This document shows positions 1 to 11,809 of a DNA stretch of 64,000 nt, piece after piece. This stretch comes from Torpedo marmorata (taxonomy: Eukaryota). The stretch's first letter is position 1, and each line of letters opens with the position of its first letter. A program made the position numbers and the translations under genes. Location: assembly GCA_977017645.1 (NCBI GenBank), contig OZ360239.1:71548001-71612000 (forward strand), in the 5' to 3' direction. The notes beneath the pieces are model-generated. The model ran no database searches and was not told the origin of the DNA. It saw nothing but the letters and a program-made list of their open reading frames with translations.

Positions 1-250
1 CTTCTCATGAGCCATTCCCTAGCAGCCCGCAGCCTGGTGTGAGCCTTTCAGCCACCAAGCCTCTCGCTGGTCTGTTGCTATGGTCACTTTTTTGTAGAGT
101 CCCCTCCCAGGCTTCCCCTTCTCGGCAGGAGTGGAGGTGGAGGGGGTGTCTTCCGCACTGGTGCCCTGCATCAGTCCATCCTAAGGACAATACAACAATG
201 GTTTACTCGGTCAATTCATGGGAAATGAAAGCCAGAGCAGAGGGCCATTT

Positions 251-872
251 AGACAATAGGTGCAGGAGTAGGCCATTCGGCCCTTCGAGCCAGCACTGCC
301 ATTCACTGTGATCATGGCTGATCATCCACTATCAGTACCCCATTCCTGCCTTCTCCCCATATCCCTTGACTCCGCTATCTTTAAGAGCTCTATCTAACTC
401 TTTCTTGAAAGCATCCAGAGAATTGGCCTCCACTGCCTTCTGAGGCAGAGCATTCCACAGATCCACAACTCTCTGGGTGAAAAAGTTTTTCCTCAACTCC
501 GTTCTAAATGGCCTACCCCTTATTCTTAAACTGTGGCCTCTGGTTCTCGACTCCCCCAACATGTTTCCTGCCTCTAGTGTGTCCAATCCCTTAATAATCT
601 TATATGTTTCAATCAGATCCCCTCTCATCCTTCTAAATTCCAGTGTATACAAACCCAATCACTCCAATCTTTCAACATATGACAGTCCCGCCATCCCAGA
701 AATTAACCTCGTGAACCTGCGCTGCACTCCCTCAATAGCAAGAATGTCCTTCCTCAAACCTGGAGACCAAAACTCCACACAATACTCCAGGTGTGGTCTC
801 ACCAGGGCCCTGTACAACTGCAGAAGGACCTCTTTGCTCTTATACTCAACTCCCCTTGTTATGAAGGCCAAT
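251..872 (-). mobile_element. CR1 LINE 3' fragment (ORF2 C-terminus plus 3' UTR), young copy
   Basis: ORFs 659..886 and 332..658 read LYRALVRPHLEYCVEFWSP...RRMRGDLIETYKII...TRGHSLRI...FFTQRVV, the typical CR1 ORF2 C-terminus, split by one stop. The 3' UTR ends near 251. Confidence 0.92.
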
Positions 873-1159
873 GATGGAGATGACAATATAACCCTGCAAT
901 ATCAATACAAGATTTGAACATTGATCCCTTTAATGAGATGGAAAAAGAAGCGCAGATAAGAATGGGTATAATTTTCCCAGTTTAATAATCTCGCCTAGAT
1001 ATCTTCTGTTATGTTCATGGTTGTCTTGAATTTTGTTGGTGTCTGCAAGGACGTTAACATGGTGGAGAAACAAGTGTTTTATATGTGGGGCCATCACAAG
1101 GAAATTCAGATTAATTAAATAAATCTGAAATTTAGGGAAAATATAGCTGGTAAAATACA

Positions 1160-1545
1160 AAGACGGCAGATGCTGAAATCTTGAATGAACAAAGAGGGGA
1201 TGGAGGGACTCAGCAGATCAGGCAGCATCCATGAAGAGAAGCCATCAAGTCATAGCACTCAGAACAAACCCTTTGGCCCAACTCATCCCAGCTGACCAAA
1301 TTGGCATTCTGGATAGTCTCACTTGCCTGCATTTAATCCAAATTCTTCTCAGCCCTTCCTATCCATATATCTGTCGAAATTGTGCCTGCTTCTACAACTT
1401 CCTCTGGCAGCTCATTCCAGATACAGACCGCCCCCTGAGTGAAGACAGTCTCGATATAGGGTCCCAAGGTCCCAACCCAAAATGCTGGCTGATTACTTCC
1501 CTTCATGGATGGTGCCTGACGTGTTGAGTCCTTCCAGCCTTTCTT
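1160..1545. mobile_element. Degraded Penelope-like terminal-repeat fragments flanking a CR1 3' fragment
   Basis: GGAGGGACTCAGCAGATCAGGCAGCATC at about 1200 and its inverse at about 1500 match the pLTR motif seen elsewhere in the window. 1250-1440 is CR1-like (AVCIWNELPEEVVEAGT, minus strand). Confidence 0.6.
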
Positions 1546-2357
1546 TGTCCACACAAAATGTAGCTCCCATAGCAAACAGAACTGTGGCAGCAAGTGACCC
1601 TATTTTTGTGTTATTGAGATTGATGGGAACTACTCAGACCTATTGCAAGAACTAGTCAAGAATTCTAACAGGGGATCAAGAATCATTTCCAGCATGCCAA
1701 GAGTTTGCCCCAAGTGCTTTATCACCAGCCTCTACCAGATTAAAATTATCAAATGCCCAGGAGAGAAAATGTATGTTCAGCCTAGGGAGCCTGTGTGAGT
1801 GTTTCTCCAGGTAGGAACCATCTAGTTTACATCAACTGTCCCCCAGTTGTCCACACATTTTAATATTTCTCACTTAAAATAAGCTTTGCTTCAACAATGA
1901 TTTATCATAGTTAATTTGCAGGGTAAACATTTGTTAACTCTGCTTAATTTTTCAATATAGATCATTTAAATTTGTGCCCTCTTGCTTCCCATGAATGCTC
2001 ATTCATTCTTTGCTGTATTCTATACCTGTAGATGCAAAATCCGTGATTCCATTTGCAATTTTATGGTTTTACTATTGCATTGCCACTTTTTAAATAATTT
2101 ATCTCCTCTGGTTTCCACTCCATTAATTGTAACATCTTTTATGGTGCATTTCTTCCTTATTTTCATATCCAAAGTATATTGTTTCATGTTTTCTTATTAT
2201 AAGCAGACCACCTATGTATCCTTCCTATTGGATTTTTGTCCTTCAAGAAATTTGTAGTCACTAGCTCTTCTTAACACACATTTCTCCACTTTTTTTAATA
2301 TAAGCTCTTATTATAGGTAAGGTCTTAATATAGGTATTACTAGTAATACCTAGTACT

Positions 2358-2806
2358 GGGGTCCAGGACATTTTGGCGCCCACATTTTGGTGCCGGACAT
2401 TTTGGCCTCCACAGTTTGGCGCTGGACATTTTGGCGCTAACAGTTAGGTGGATGTCACCGCGGGGTGAGGGGAGTGCGGAGATGTCACTGCGGGGAGAGG
2501 GGAGTGCGGAGATGTCACCGCGGGGAGAGGGGAGTACGGAGATGTCACCGCGGGGAGAGGGGTGTTCGGAGATGTCACCACGGAGAGAGGGGAGTTCGGA
2601 GATGTTACCGCGGGGAGACGGGAGTTCGGAGATGTCACTGCGGGGAGAGAGGAGTTCAGAGATGTTACAGCGGGGATTGCGGAGATGTGACCGCATATTC
2701 GTTATATTTAATTAAAATTATAATAAATTAAATGCCATGTCCGTCGCCAAATGCGAGCGGCAAAATATCCGGCGCCAAACTGCGGGCGCCAAAATGTCCG
2801 ATTCCG
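2358..2806. mobile_element. Non-autonomous foldback-type DNA transposon with repeated subterminal motifs and an internal minisatellite
   Basis: GGACATTTTGGCGCC-like motifs are repeated at the left end and inverted (GGCGCCAAAATGTCC) at the right end. The flanking 8-bp near-direct repeat is CTAGTACT (2350-2357) / CTAGTATT (2807-2814). Confidence 0.75.
2449..2690. repeat. 30-bp GC-rich minisatellite, about 8 copies (GAGATGTCACCGCGGGGAGAGGGGAGTKCG)
   Basis: Directly visible 30-bp periodicity, which explains the 10-aa repeat ORFs in several frames. Confidence 0.95.
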
Positions 2807-3947
2807 CTAGTATTGATGGCAGAGGGTAGAGCTTGTGCCCAGAAACCTTAAGGGGTACAGAAGATGTAGTGGGAACCCAACCATTTTACTCATTGACTGC
2901 ACCCTGAGGAAGTTAAGATGCTTGTGAGGTCCAAGGGCCTGTTGGACCAAGCATGTTGTGTCCTCCCTGCACTTCTTTAGGAGGCTGGGGTCAGAAAGAT
3001 GGCAACCACTTGGTACCCAAGGTCTATGCCAGCTTGATGCAGCCCCACACAAAGCTTAGAATGAGGGCCTTCTTTTTCTGGAGCCTTGTAATTCGGGTTT
3101 CTGTGAACATGATCTATTTTTGAGCTACAGATGAAACTGGAAGAAGTAGGGAGACTGCTGCAAGAGCTACCATGTGGGGGGAGCACTCCTTTTCCAAATT
3201 CAGCAGCACTAAGAGCACCCAAAGACTGGATTCATTCTTGCAAGTGAGTTAGAGCATTGCTGCCAGAATATCTCATCCATACGCTTCACCAGTTCTTGCT
3301 GCACACCCTAGTTCCTCTAAATCACCTTCGTGTTATTGGATCTGCCAGTGAAGGAAGTATAGGATTGGTTGGACCAATTGCCAAAGAACATGGTCTTGCT
3401 TTATTGCAATTTCCTTCAACCTAGAGGCTAGTTCACACTGACTAGATGCTCATCAATCTGGGCCTAGATTGAGTGCAAACAGGAGGCAGCAACGTTGCCC
3501 GTTCACAGGGAGGCTTTGACCTGAGGCTTCTGCTGCTTGGAAACATCTTCACCCTTCTTTGTGGTGGCTAAAAATAGGCTTTCCCAACATACAAGCCACT
3601 GCCTCAGGAATCCAAAATACCTCACCAAATGGGAGAAAAATGAAAGCTAGTCAATGAAAGATTTTAGACAAATAGAGAGAGAATCCTCAAATCATTGAGC
3701 AGAAAGGAAGAACATTGGATCCAATGCAGCTCTGTTTCTTTGACAGAACTATTGAATTAGTCTCACATCTCCAACACTTATCCATTGCCCAATAATTAAC
3801 TCCCTTTAGCAACTTCCTGCCAAATCTGTTTCTACTTTGCAGTCAAGCTGGACATAATGCTCTCTGTTAATTTTCCTGGAAGTACTAGCTAGAAACTAAT
3901 CTACCACTCCAGAACAGTTTCACCAGATTTATTCCATCAAAAGCTCC

Positions 3948-4135
3948 TCAGATTTCAGATTTATTGTCAAAGTACATACATGACGTCACATACAACCCTG
4001 AGATTCGTTTTCCTGCGGACGCAGCAGAATTACCACTAATTGGTAGTGCAAAAAGTAAACTGTACACAGCGTAAACATGTAAACAATCAAAAGAACTGCT
4101 AACAGGTAACGAATGAAACTGAAAATGAAACTGAT
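3948..4135 (-). mobile_element. Rex1/Babar-type LINE 3' tail fragment
   Basis: Nearly identical to 17434-17600, which is contiguous with Rex-type ORF2 sequence. It has a (TCAGATT)n tail. Confidence 0.75.
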
Positions 4136-4784
4136 TCAAAGAAATAGCACGATGTTAGGACACATGGGAGCTTTCCAGAATACAGTGAGGATAGCGAAAG
4201 GCAATCCATCTGGGAGTTGAGATGGGACAGGGGGATGCAGAGAGTACCAGAGCCAGAAGATCAGAGGCCACCTTTGGTGTGTGGAACTGGAGTGAGATTG
4301 GATGCCACAGGGCAGTAGATGGCTAGGAATGAGGATGGGTAGAAGTTAGATCAATGACACAGGATGCACAGGTTTTGTATAATTGATGGTGGGTAAGTGG
4401 TGAAGCATTGGAGTGGTCACACCTCAAGAAGACCAAAGCAAGGTTACGATGACACTGTCCAGATGACCCCATTGTTGAATTCCACTCACGGTTTTTGAAT
4501 ACATAGGATTCTGGTTGCTGCTGGTTTCAAACTTCTTGAGGAAAAAATTTGACTTTGGTCACTACTGTTAAACTCGAGTGAGTATCGAGTGTAGTCACTT
4601 CTGCACAATTGGTGACAACCAGTAGCAACCAAACAGAAATATCTCTTTCATGCCTGACCCTGTCACATGTTACTCGTGGATTTAGTAGGACAGCCACCTG
4701 CCAAACAGAGTAACTAAACGTTTCCTTCATATTCCTTCACAAACACTATTGTTTCATGTGAGATGGCCTTCAAGATAGTAATAA

Positions 4785-4915
4785 AAACACACTGTAAATT
4801 CTGGAGGAACTCAGCCAGTCTCGCAGCGCCAACAGGAGGTAAAGATATATTACCGATGTTTCATGCCTGAGCCCTTCTTCAAGGTATAAGCAAAAAGCAG
4901 ACAAGCATATCAATA
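4785..4915 (-). mobile_element. Penelope-like pLTR fragment
   Basis: CTGGAGGAACTCAGC...GATGTTTCATGCCTGAGCCCTTCTTCAAGG is the reverse complement of the pLTR/hammerhead segment at 5760-5870. Confidence 0.65.
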
Positions 4916-5109
4916 AAGACTGAGAGAGAAAGGTGTAAATTTAACACCAATGGTTCCAAAAACTGTAAATAAATTAGCTGTGAGTCTAACCCGAATGTTT
5001 AGATTGTGTTTAAGATTCTGAAATGCATGCTTGTACTTCATTTTTACATGATAATTGCATTGAAATATTGTCAATGTAGGAAATCAACAGAGCAAGTGTG
5101 GACAAGAAG

Positions 5110-5240
5110 AGCAGTGTGGATGTGAGGAACAGTGTGGATGTTAGGAGTGTGGATGGGAGGAGTGTGGATGGGAGGTGTGGATGGGAGGAGTGTGAATGGG
5201 AGGAGTGGAGAGGATGAGTGCAGTGTGGATGGGAGAAGTG
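5110..5240. repeat. Degenerate G-rich minisatellite (GTGTGGATGGGAGGA)n
   Basis: Visible periodicity of about 15 bp. Confidence 0.7.
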
Positions 5241-5317
5241 GTGGGACCAGGAGTAGCATCACTGCAATCAGTACCAGAGGACTGCACTAGAGGGAGCTAC
5301 AAGTCATTAACTGAGCA

Positions 5318-5870
5318 CCTTCGCTGAGCACTATTGCTCCGTTCGCATCAGTCACTGGGACCTCCCAGTGGCCATCCATTTCAATTCTGCATCCCACTCC
5401 CATACTCACATGTCTGTCTATGGCCTCATGTACTATCCCACCAAGACCACCCGTAAATTATAGGAACAACACCTGATTTTCCATCTGGGCACTTTCCAAC
5501 CGGATGCCATTAACATTAACTTCTCCGGTTTCTGCTAACCAACTCTCCATTCTCCCACCCTTCCCTTCCCCCTGTCTTTTTTCCCTCAGCTCTCCACCCC
5601 CTTCCCTCTCTATTTACCCAGCCATCCCTCCTCCCCCTGCTTGCTGCTGTGCCCTCCCTCCCTTCTCCATCTATTTCCTGCTGCCTTTGGGACAGTGCTC
5701 CTCCCCCCACCCCTCCCCCCTTACCTTTTTGTTCGGACGCCTGCCGACATTTTTCCATACCTTTGATGAAGGGCTCAAACCTGAAATGTCAGTTATATAT
5801 CCTTATCTTTACTATATAAAGTAATGTACACTGTTTGACCTTCTGAGTTTCCCCAGCATTGTGTTTTTAC
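5318..5870 (+). mobile_element. Penelope-like retroelement 3' end: GIY-YIG C-terminal remnant plus pLTR
   Basis: Reads FAEHYCSVRISHWDLPVAIHFNSASHSHTHMSVYGL...RKL*EQHLIFHLGTFQPDAINI, the typical PLE endonuclease C-terminus (LPVAxHFN...EQxLIFxLGTLxPxGxN). It is followed by a pyrimidine-rich tract and a TTGATGAAGGG...GAAA motif at about 5763-5790. Confidence 0.85.
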
Positions 5871-5989
5871 TTCATTAACTGACACTGTCAGAAGGCACAC
5901 TGATCCACACAATTACATTAACATTCTTGGATTTAATATTATACCTTTGAAAATGCAAGGTGGAATGCAATAATGAGCATTTCTAGTTA

Positions 5990-6175
5990 AACAGGAAAGT
6001 CTGCAGACGCTGGGGTTGAGTGCAATACACAAACGTGCTGGAGAAACTCAGCAGGTCACGCAGCAACCATGGGAAGTAATGTACACCTGAGGAAGGGCCC
6101 AGACCCGAAACATTGGTTACCCTTTACTTCCTATGGATGCTGTATGGCCTGCTGAGTTTCTCCAGCACTTTCATG
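5990..6175. mobile_element. Palindromic non-autonomous Penelope-derived element
   Basis: GTGCTGGAGAAACTCAGCAGG... and ...CCTGCTGAGTTTCTCCAGCAC inverted arms surround CTGAGGAAGGGCCCAGACCCGAAAC. Confidence 0.75.
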
Positions 6176-6642
6176 CAAAGACCATTGACATCACACTGGA
6201 TTTGAACTGGGCACTTTATGAGGACCGACCCAGTTCAACCCGTGCAGCCCCCACTTGGACGAGATAAAGCAGAACATAGAAGGGAACGAGGAGGGTAGGA
6301 GGAATGACTATCATTCAGCATGCTTGGGTCAACTAGGTCTTTCCAAAAACAAAGCAAGTTAGGACCCATTTTTGCCTCCATCTGTCTGTACTCAACAGAC
6401 TCTTCCTCAACCCATGCCTGAGAATGAGGCCTTGACCACTTTACCTTGTGATCTTCTGACCATTTCCTGTCTCACCCCAACTCAGGCACTCTCACAAACT
6501 CCCTGCGTCTATGATCATGCGATACTCTAAGGAACTCAATGAAAGTGTCAATCATTGAACTCACCACTTACCTAATGAACACCAATCAGCAGTTGTAATC
6601 CTGGTCCAACTTTTCTGTAATTTCCCCACCCCCCCCCCCCCC

Positions 6643-9600
6643 TGTGGTAAACCACTGTATGTGTGTTGTGGGCTAGGGATAGGTTTGGACATGCCCTGCT
6701 GACTGTCCCGGTGACTCCTCCCACAATCCCCTTGAATAAAGGCCATTGTGCCACAACTCCTCCCCCAGTCCGGGACAGATCAGCAGCTCGAATGTAGCTC
6801 CATTCTATAACCAATAAAAGCCTTTCAGTTCATATACAACTTCCAGTCTTTTGGGAGTCATTGATAGGTGTATCAATTTTATTGGTTATACTGTCAAATG
6901 GAGAGCGTCCTGAGACCGGACAAGCTGGACATCGATCCGCTGGCACCAGACGCCAGTAACGCTTTCGAACTCTGGCTAACCTGTTTCGAGTCGTTTCTAA
7001 GGACGATCAAAGTGGAAGACGAAGACGGAAAACGCATGGTCCTCATCTCTAGGGTAAGCCCCCGAGTTTACTCGACGATCCGAGATTTTCAGACTTACGA
7101 GGATGCCATGGATGCCTTAAAACGGCTGTATATAATGCCTGTGAACTCAGTATACGCGAGGCACAGGCTAACGACGCGGCAGCAGCGGCCCGGGGAGTCT
7201 ATCACAGAATTCGTACGGGACATACAGTCACTCGTGCGGGAGTGCGACTGCAGGGCGCTGACGGCGGAGCAACATGCAGAGCTGTTGGGGAGAGACACTT
7301 TCGTCACAGGGATCAGGTCAGTATATGTGCACCAGCGACTGCTAGAGCATGCTGACCTGACCTTTCATTCTGCCGTTCAAATGACCCATACGCTGGAGGC
7401 CGTGCTGCGGAACTCGGATGCTATGCAAGCGCGAGACCTCCAGCAGGCCCCGTGGATGGCACTGACCCCCCACCCTGCCAGCGATCCGACTACCGCCGCC
7501 ATCAGCCGCGACCCGACTGCCGCCGCCACCAGACGCGACCCGACTACCGTCGCCATCAGCCGCGAGCCCAAGACACGACCTGCTCCAGCTGTGGTAAGAA
7601 AGGCCACTTCGCAAAGGCCTGCCGCAAAAAGCCGCGAGCGGGTCCGAGCAGCGCCGCGTGCGAGATTCAGGGGCGGCCATCTTACTTTTCGTCACTTCCT
7701 GCGTCCTACCCACCCGCGGTTGCCAACACGTGCGAAGAATGGAGGCGGCCATCTTGGACCTCGGCATTTCCGGCGCCACCATCTTACTGCTCCGATGCCA
7801 ACACGTGCGATCCACGGAGGCGGCCATCTTCTTCAACTCCGACGTCGGATCAAGATTACGAACCTACACTGGCGTCGGTGACGCTCGACCAGAGTGCACC
7901 CCATCAACTATCACGATCGATGATGGACATCCTGGTTGGAGGACACAGAACAAACTGCCTGTTCGACACAGGCAGTACAGAGAGTTTCATTCACCCCGAC
8001 ACGGTACTGCGATGTGGCCTCTCAACATTGCCGGTAAGCCAAAGGGTTGCCATGGCTTCCGGGTCGCACACAACAGACATCCGGGGGGGTTGTGTAGCGA
8101 CGATAGTGGTACAGGGCACGGAATATCGGGACTTCTTACTACTAGTCATGCCTCGACTGTGTGCGCCTGTACTACTGGGACTCGATTTCCAGAGTCACCT
8201 ACAGAGTGTTACCATGCAATATGACGGGCCCCTTCCAGCGATTACCGTTGGTAACCACCAGTACTTAAAAAATACATCCCAGACTACCTGCGGCCTCTCC
8301 ACCCTCAAGATTCCGCCCCCATCGCTATTCACTAACCTGACCCCTGACTGTAAACCTGTGGCGACCAAGAGCAGGCGATACAGCGCAGGGGACAGGACAT
8401 TTATCAAGTCGGAGGTGAGGCGATTGCTTGGGGAAGGGATCATTGAACCAAGCACAAGTCCCTGGAGGGCCCAGGTAGTCGTAGTAAAGAATGGGAGCAA
8501 AAATAGGATGGTGGTGGACTATAGTCAGACGATTAACAGGTTCACGCAGATGGACGCATACCCCCTTCCACGCATTGCGGATATGGTGAACCAGATAGCG
8601 CAATACAAGCTATTTTCTACCATAGACGTCAAATCGGCCTACCACCAGCTCCCTATTTGCCGGGAGGACCGCGCTTACACTGCCTTCGAGGCGGACGGCA
8701 GACTTTATCATTTCCTGCGCGTCCCCTTTGGCGTCACTAATGGGGTGTCCGTCTTCCAGAGGGAGATGGACAGGATAGTGGACCAGTTCGATCTCAAAGC
8801 CACTTTCCCGTACCTGGACGACATCACTATCTGTGATCACGATCGCCAGGACCACGATAACAACCTCCGGAAGTTCCTCCAGGCGGCCAAAGCACTTAAC
8901 CTCACGTACAATAAGGATAAGTGCGTGTTCGGGACCACCCGACTCGCCATCCTGGGGTGTGTCGTGGAGAACGGGGTCATCGGCCCCGACCCCGACCGCA
9001 TGCGCCCCCTGTTGGAACTACCGCTTCCCCACACCCTCAAAGCCCTCAAAAGGTGCTTGGGCTTCTTTTCGTACTACGCCCAGTGGGTCCCCAATTACGC
9101 AGATAAGGCCCGACCCCTAGTCAAGTCCACCACGTTTCCCCTTGCAATGGAGGCACGTGAGGCTTTCAGCCTCATAAAAGGGGACATTGCTAGAGCTGCA
9201 ATGCATGCGGTGGACGAGTCCACTCCCTTCCAGGTAGAGAGTGACGCGTCCGACTTCGCACTGGCTGCTACCCTCAACCAGGCGGGAAGACCGGTGGTGT
9301 TCTTCTCCCGTACCCTTCAAGGCCCCGAAATTCGGCACTCCGCGGTGGAGAAAGAGGCCCAGGCCATAGTGGAAGCTATTCGGCACTGGAGGCACTATCT
9401 CGCCGGCAAAAGGTTTACTCTGCTGACTGACCAACGCTCAGTAGCGTTTATGTTTAACAATCAGCAGCGGGGTAAAATCAAAAACGATAAAATCATGAGG
9501 TGGAGAATCGAACTCTCCACCTACAACTACGATATACTGTACCGGCCCGGGAAGCTCAATGAGCCCTCCGATGCTCTATCCCGAGGGACGTGCGCTAGCG

Positions 9601-11027
9601 CACAGATCGACCGGCTGTACGACCTCCACTGCGACCTCTGCCACCCCGGAGTTACCAGGCTGTTCCATTTTGTGAAGGCCCGTAACCTACCCTACTCCCT
9701 AGAGGAGGTCAGGACAATGACCAGCAGCTGACAGGTCTGCACGGAGTGCAAACCGCAATTCTATCGCCCTGACAAGGCACAGCTGGTCAAGGCCACCCGC
9801 CCCTTCGAGCGACTCAGCGTCGACTTCAAGGGTTCCCTCCCCTCCACCGACCGCAACGTGTACTTTCTCAATGTGATTGATGAGTACTCGCGGTTCCCCT
9901 TTGCTATTCCCTGCCCCGATACCTCGGCCATATCCGTCATTAAAGCTCTTCGCAAGATATTTACCCTATTTGGTTTCCCCAGCTATATACATAGCGACTG
10001 GGGATCCGCGTTCATGAGCGGAGCTGCGACAATGCCTGCTGGCCAGGGGTATTGCCCTAGCAGGACCACGGCCTACAATCCACGGGGTAACGGACAAGTG
10101 GAAAGAGAGAACGCCACTGTCTGGAAGGCCACGCTCTTAGCCCTCAAGTCCAAGGGATTGCCAGTCTCCCGCTGGCAAGAAGTCCTCCCCGAAGCCCTCC
10201 ACTCTATTCGGTCCCTGTTGTGTACTTCCACTAACGCGACTCCTCACGAAAAACTCTTTTCCTTCCCTAGGAAGTCGACCACTGGGACCACCCTACCTGC
10301 ATGGCTGACGTCCCCAGGACCGGTGCTGCTCCGCAAGCACCTTAGGAGTAATAAATATGCACCGATGGTCGAAAGGGTTCAGTTAGCCCATGCCAACCCC
10401 CAGTACGCCTACGTGGTCTTCCCTGATGGGCGGGAAGACACCGTCTCCATACGGGACCTAGCGCCCGCAGGAGCGCCGGAAACCACCCTCGAACACCCCC
10501 TTGTTACAATTACCCACCCCAACACGACACCGCACCCTCCAACAATTTCACTGTTACCGGATGTTCCGGTACCACAAATCAGACAGGAGACGGCTCTACC
10601 ACCTCCCCCATCACCACAGGTACTATCGCCCACCCCATCACCACAGGTACTGCGCAGATCGCAACGTCGTACTTGACCACCTGATCGGCTTGATCTGTAA
10701 CTGTAATATATCTTTGTACATAGTTCATATTTCTGTAACGTATTATTAGTGTTCACTTCACCCCGCTGGACTCTTTTTAAAAAGGAGGGGTGAATGTGGT
10801 AAACCACTGTATGTGTGTTGTGGGCTAGGGATAGGTTTGGACATGCCCTGCTGACTGTCCCGGTGACTCCTCCCACAATCCCCTTGAATAAAGGCCATTG
10901 TGCCACAACTCCTTCCTCAGTCCGGGACAGATCAGCAGCTTGAATGTAGCTCCATTCTATAACCAATAAAAGCCTTTCAGTTCATATACAACTTCCAGTC
11001 TTTTGGGAGTCATTGATAGGTGTATCA
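6643..11027 (+). mobile_element. Ty3/Gypsy LTR retrotransposon, complete structure, recent insertion, inactivated
   Basis: 233-bp LTRs (6643-6875 and 10795-11027) run TG...CA with 3 substitutions by eye. PPT AAAAAGGAGGGG lies at about 10779-10790. The element sits in a poly-C tract (CCCC TSD). Domain order is gag-PR-RT-RH-IN. Confidence 0.97.
6898..10700 (+). pseudogene. Disrupted gag-pol polyprotein of the Gypsy element
   Basis: ATG at 6898 (MESVLRPDKLDIDP); CCHC knuckle CSSCGKKGHFAKAC; protease LFDTGS; RT YLDD; RNase H ESDASDF...EKEAQA; integrase H-H-C-C and D..HSD..E. Lesions: frameshift at about 7570, TGA at 9729-9731 in the zinc finger, a short frame disruption at about 10020-10060 and TGA at 10674-10676. 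Confidence 0.92.
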
Positions 11028-11809
11028 CCCCCCACCCCCATTACCCAACCATCTCTGAGGCCTTCCCACAACCTCCACCGTGGATTGAGTATATGAGAGG
11101 ATATAGTCATGTTCCTAAGTACCATGTACAGATGCTCTAAAATTCTTACTTGCTGCAGCCACAAAGGTATGTAAGAAACACTAACAACAGGGTATAAATT
11201 AAATTACCACAATATGCCACAAAACAGAGAAAAAGATAAGATATAAGAATAGATAAATTAATTTTCACAGTTGCAGTCAGTGCAAAAAGATGTTTCAATA
11301 GTGCAGACAGATCTTTCGGTTGTTACAAAAATTGTGGCTGCCAGCTATCATATCAGCCAATTCCAATCTCTGGCTCAACTCCAAGGCATTTTGTTATTAA
11401 AATATGCAGTGCCTGTTCAGTTGTGTTGAGGCTTGGACTCATGAAGGTGCACTAGCTGGACATTGGAACGCAGGAATAAATGAAAATGGATCGTCACCCC
11501 AGTGGCTGTGAAATAAATGCAGAAATATGATTCTCAATGTCTCCTCACAATTCTAGTCTGATTACATCCTGTGAAAGTGAAAAAAAATGGTAAAGACTGG
11601 GGCTAATGCAGGGCGGTGGGGTAGTGCAGATGCATGGGTGGAGCAGAGGATATTTGGGTTATTGCCCTTTGGCCTTGCAAGGTGAACTATAAGTTCCAGG
11701 AAAGTAGTGTGACTGCCTAGTACAAAGCTGATTCACACTACCTTCTTGACTCTGTGACACCATGTACGGCAAGAACATTATCTAGTGCCAGCCAGCAATT
11801 ATCCATCAT

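Noticed and set aside
2340-2731. Repetitive ORFs (SELPSPRGDI, GERGVRRCHR) resembling collagen-like or repeat proteins
   Set aside because: Products of a 30-bp minisatellite inside a DNA transposon, open in several frames.
2820-3620. Possible highly decayed R2/Hero-like LINE remnant on the minus strand (also 23740-24010)
   Set aside because: Only vague resemblance and no intact diagnostic motif; it needs a profile search.
10409-10966. Antisense or env-like extra ORF in the Gypsy element (also 56057..56695 and 59090..59560)
   Set aside because: Shadow ORFs of GC-rich coding sequence; no signal peptide or TM features and no room for env.
11487-11590. Minus-strand exon after the strong acceptor TTTTTTTCACTTTCACAG
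   Set aside because: Stops occur in all three frames shortly after the acceptor, and no convincing donor defines a coding exon.
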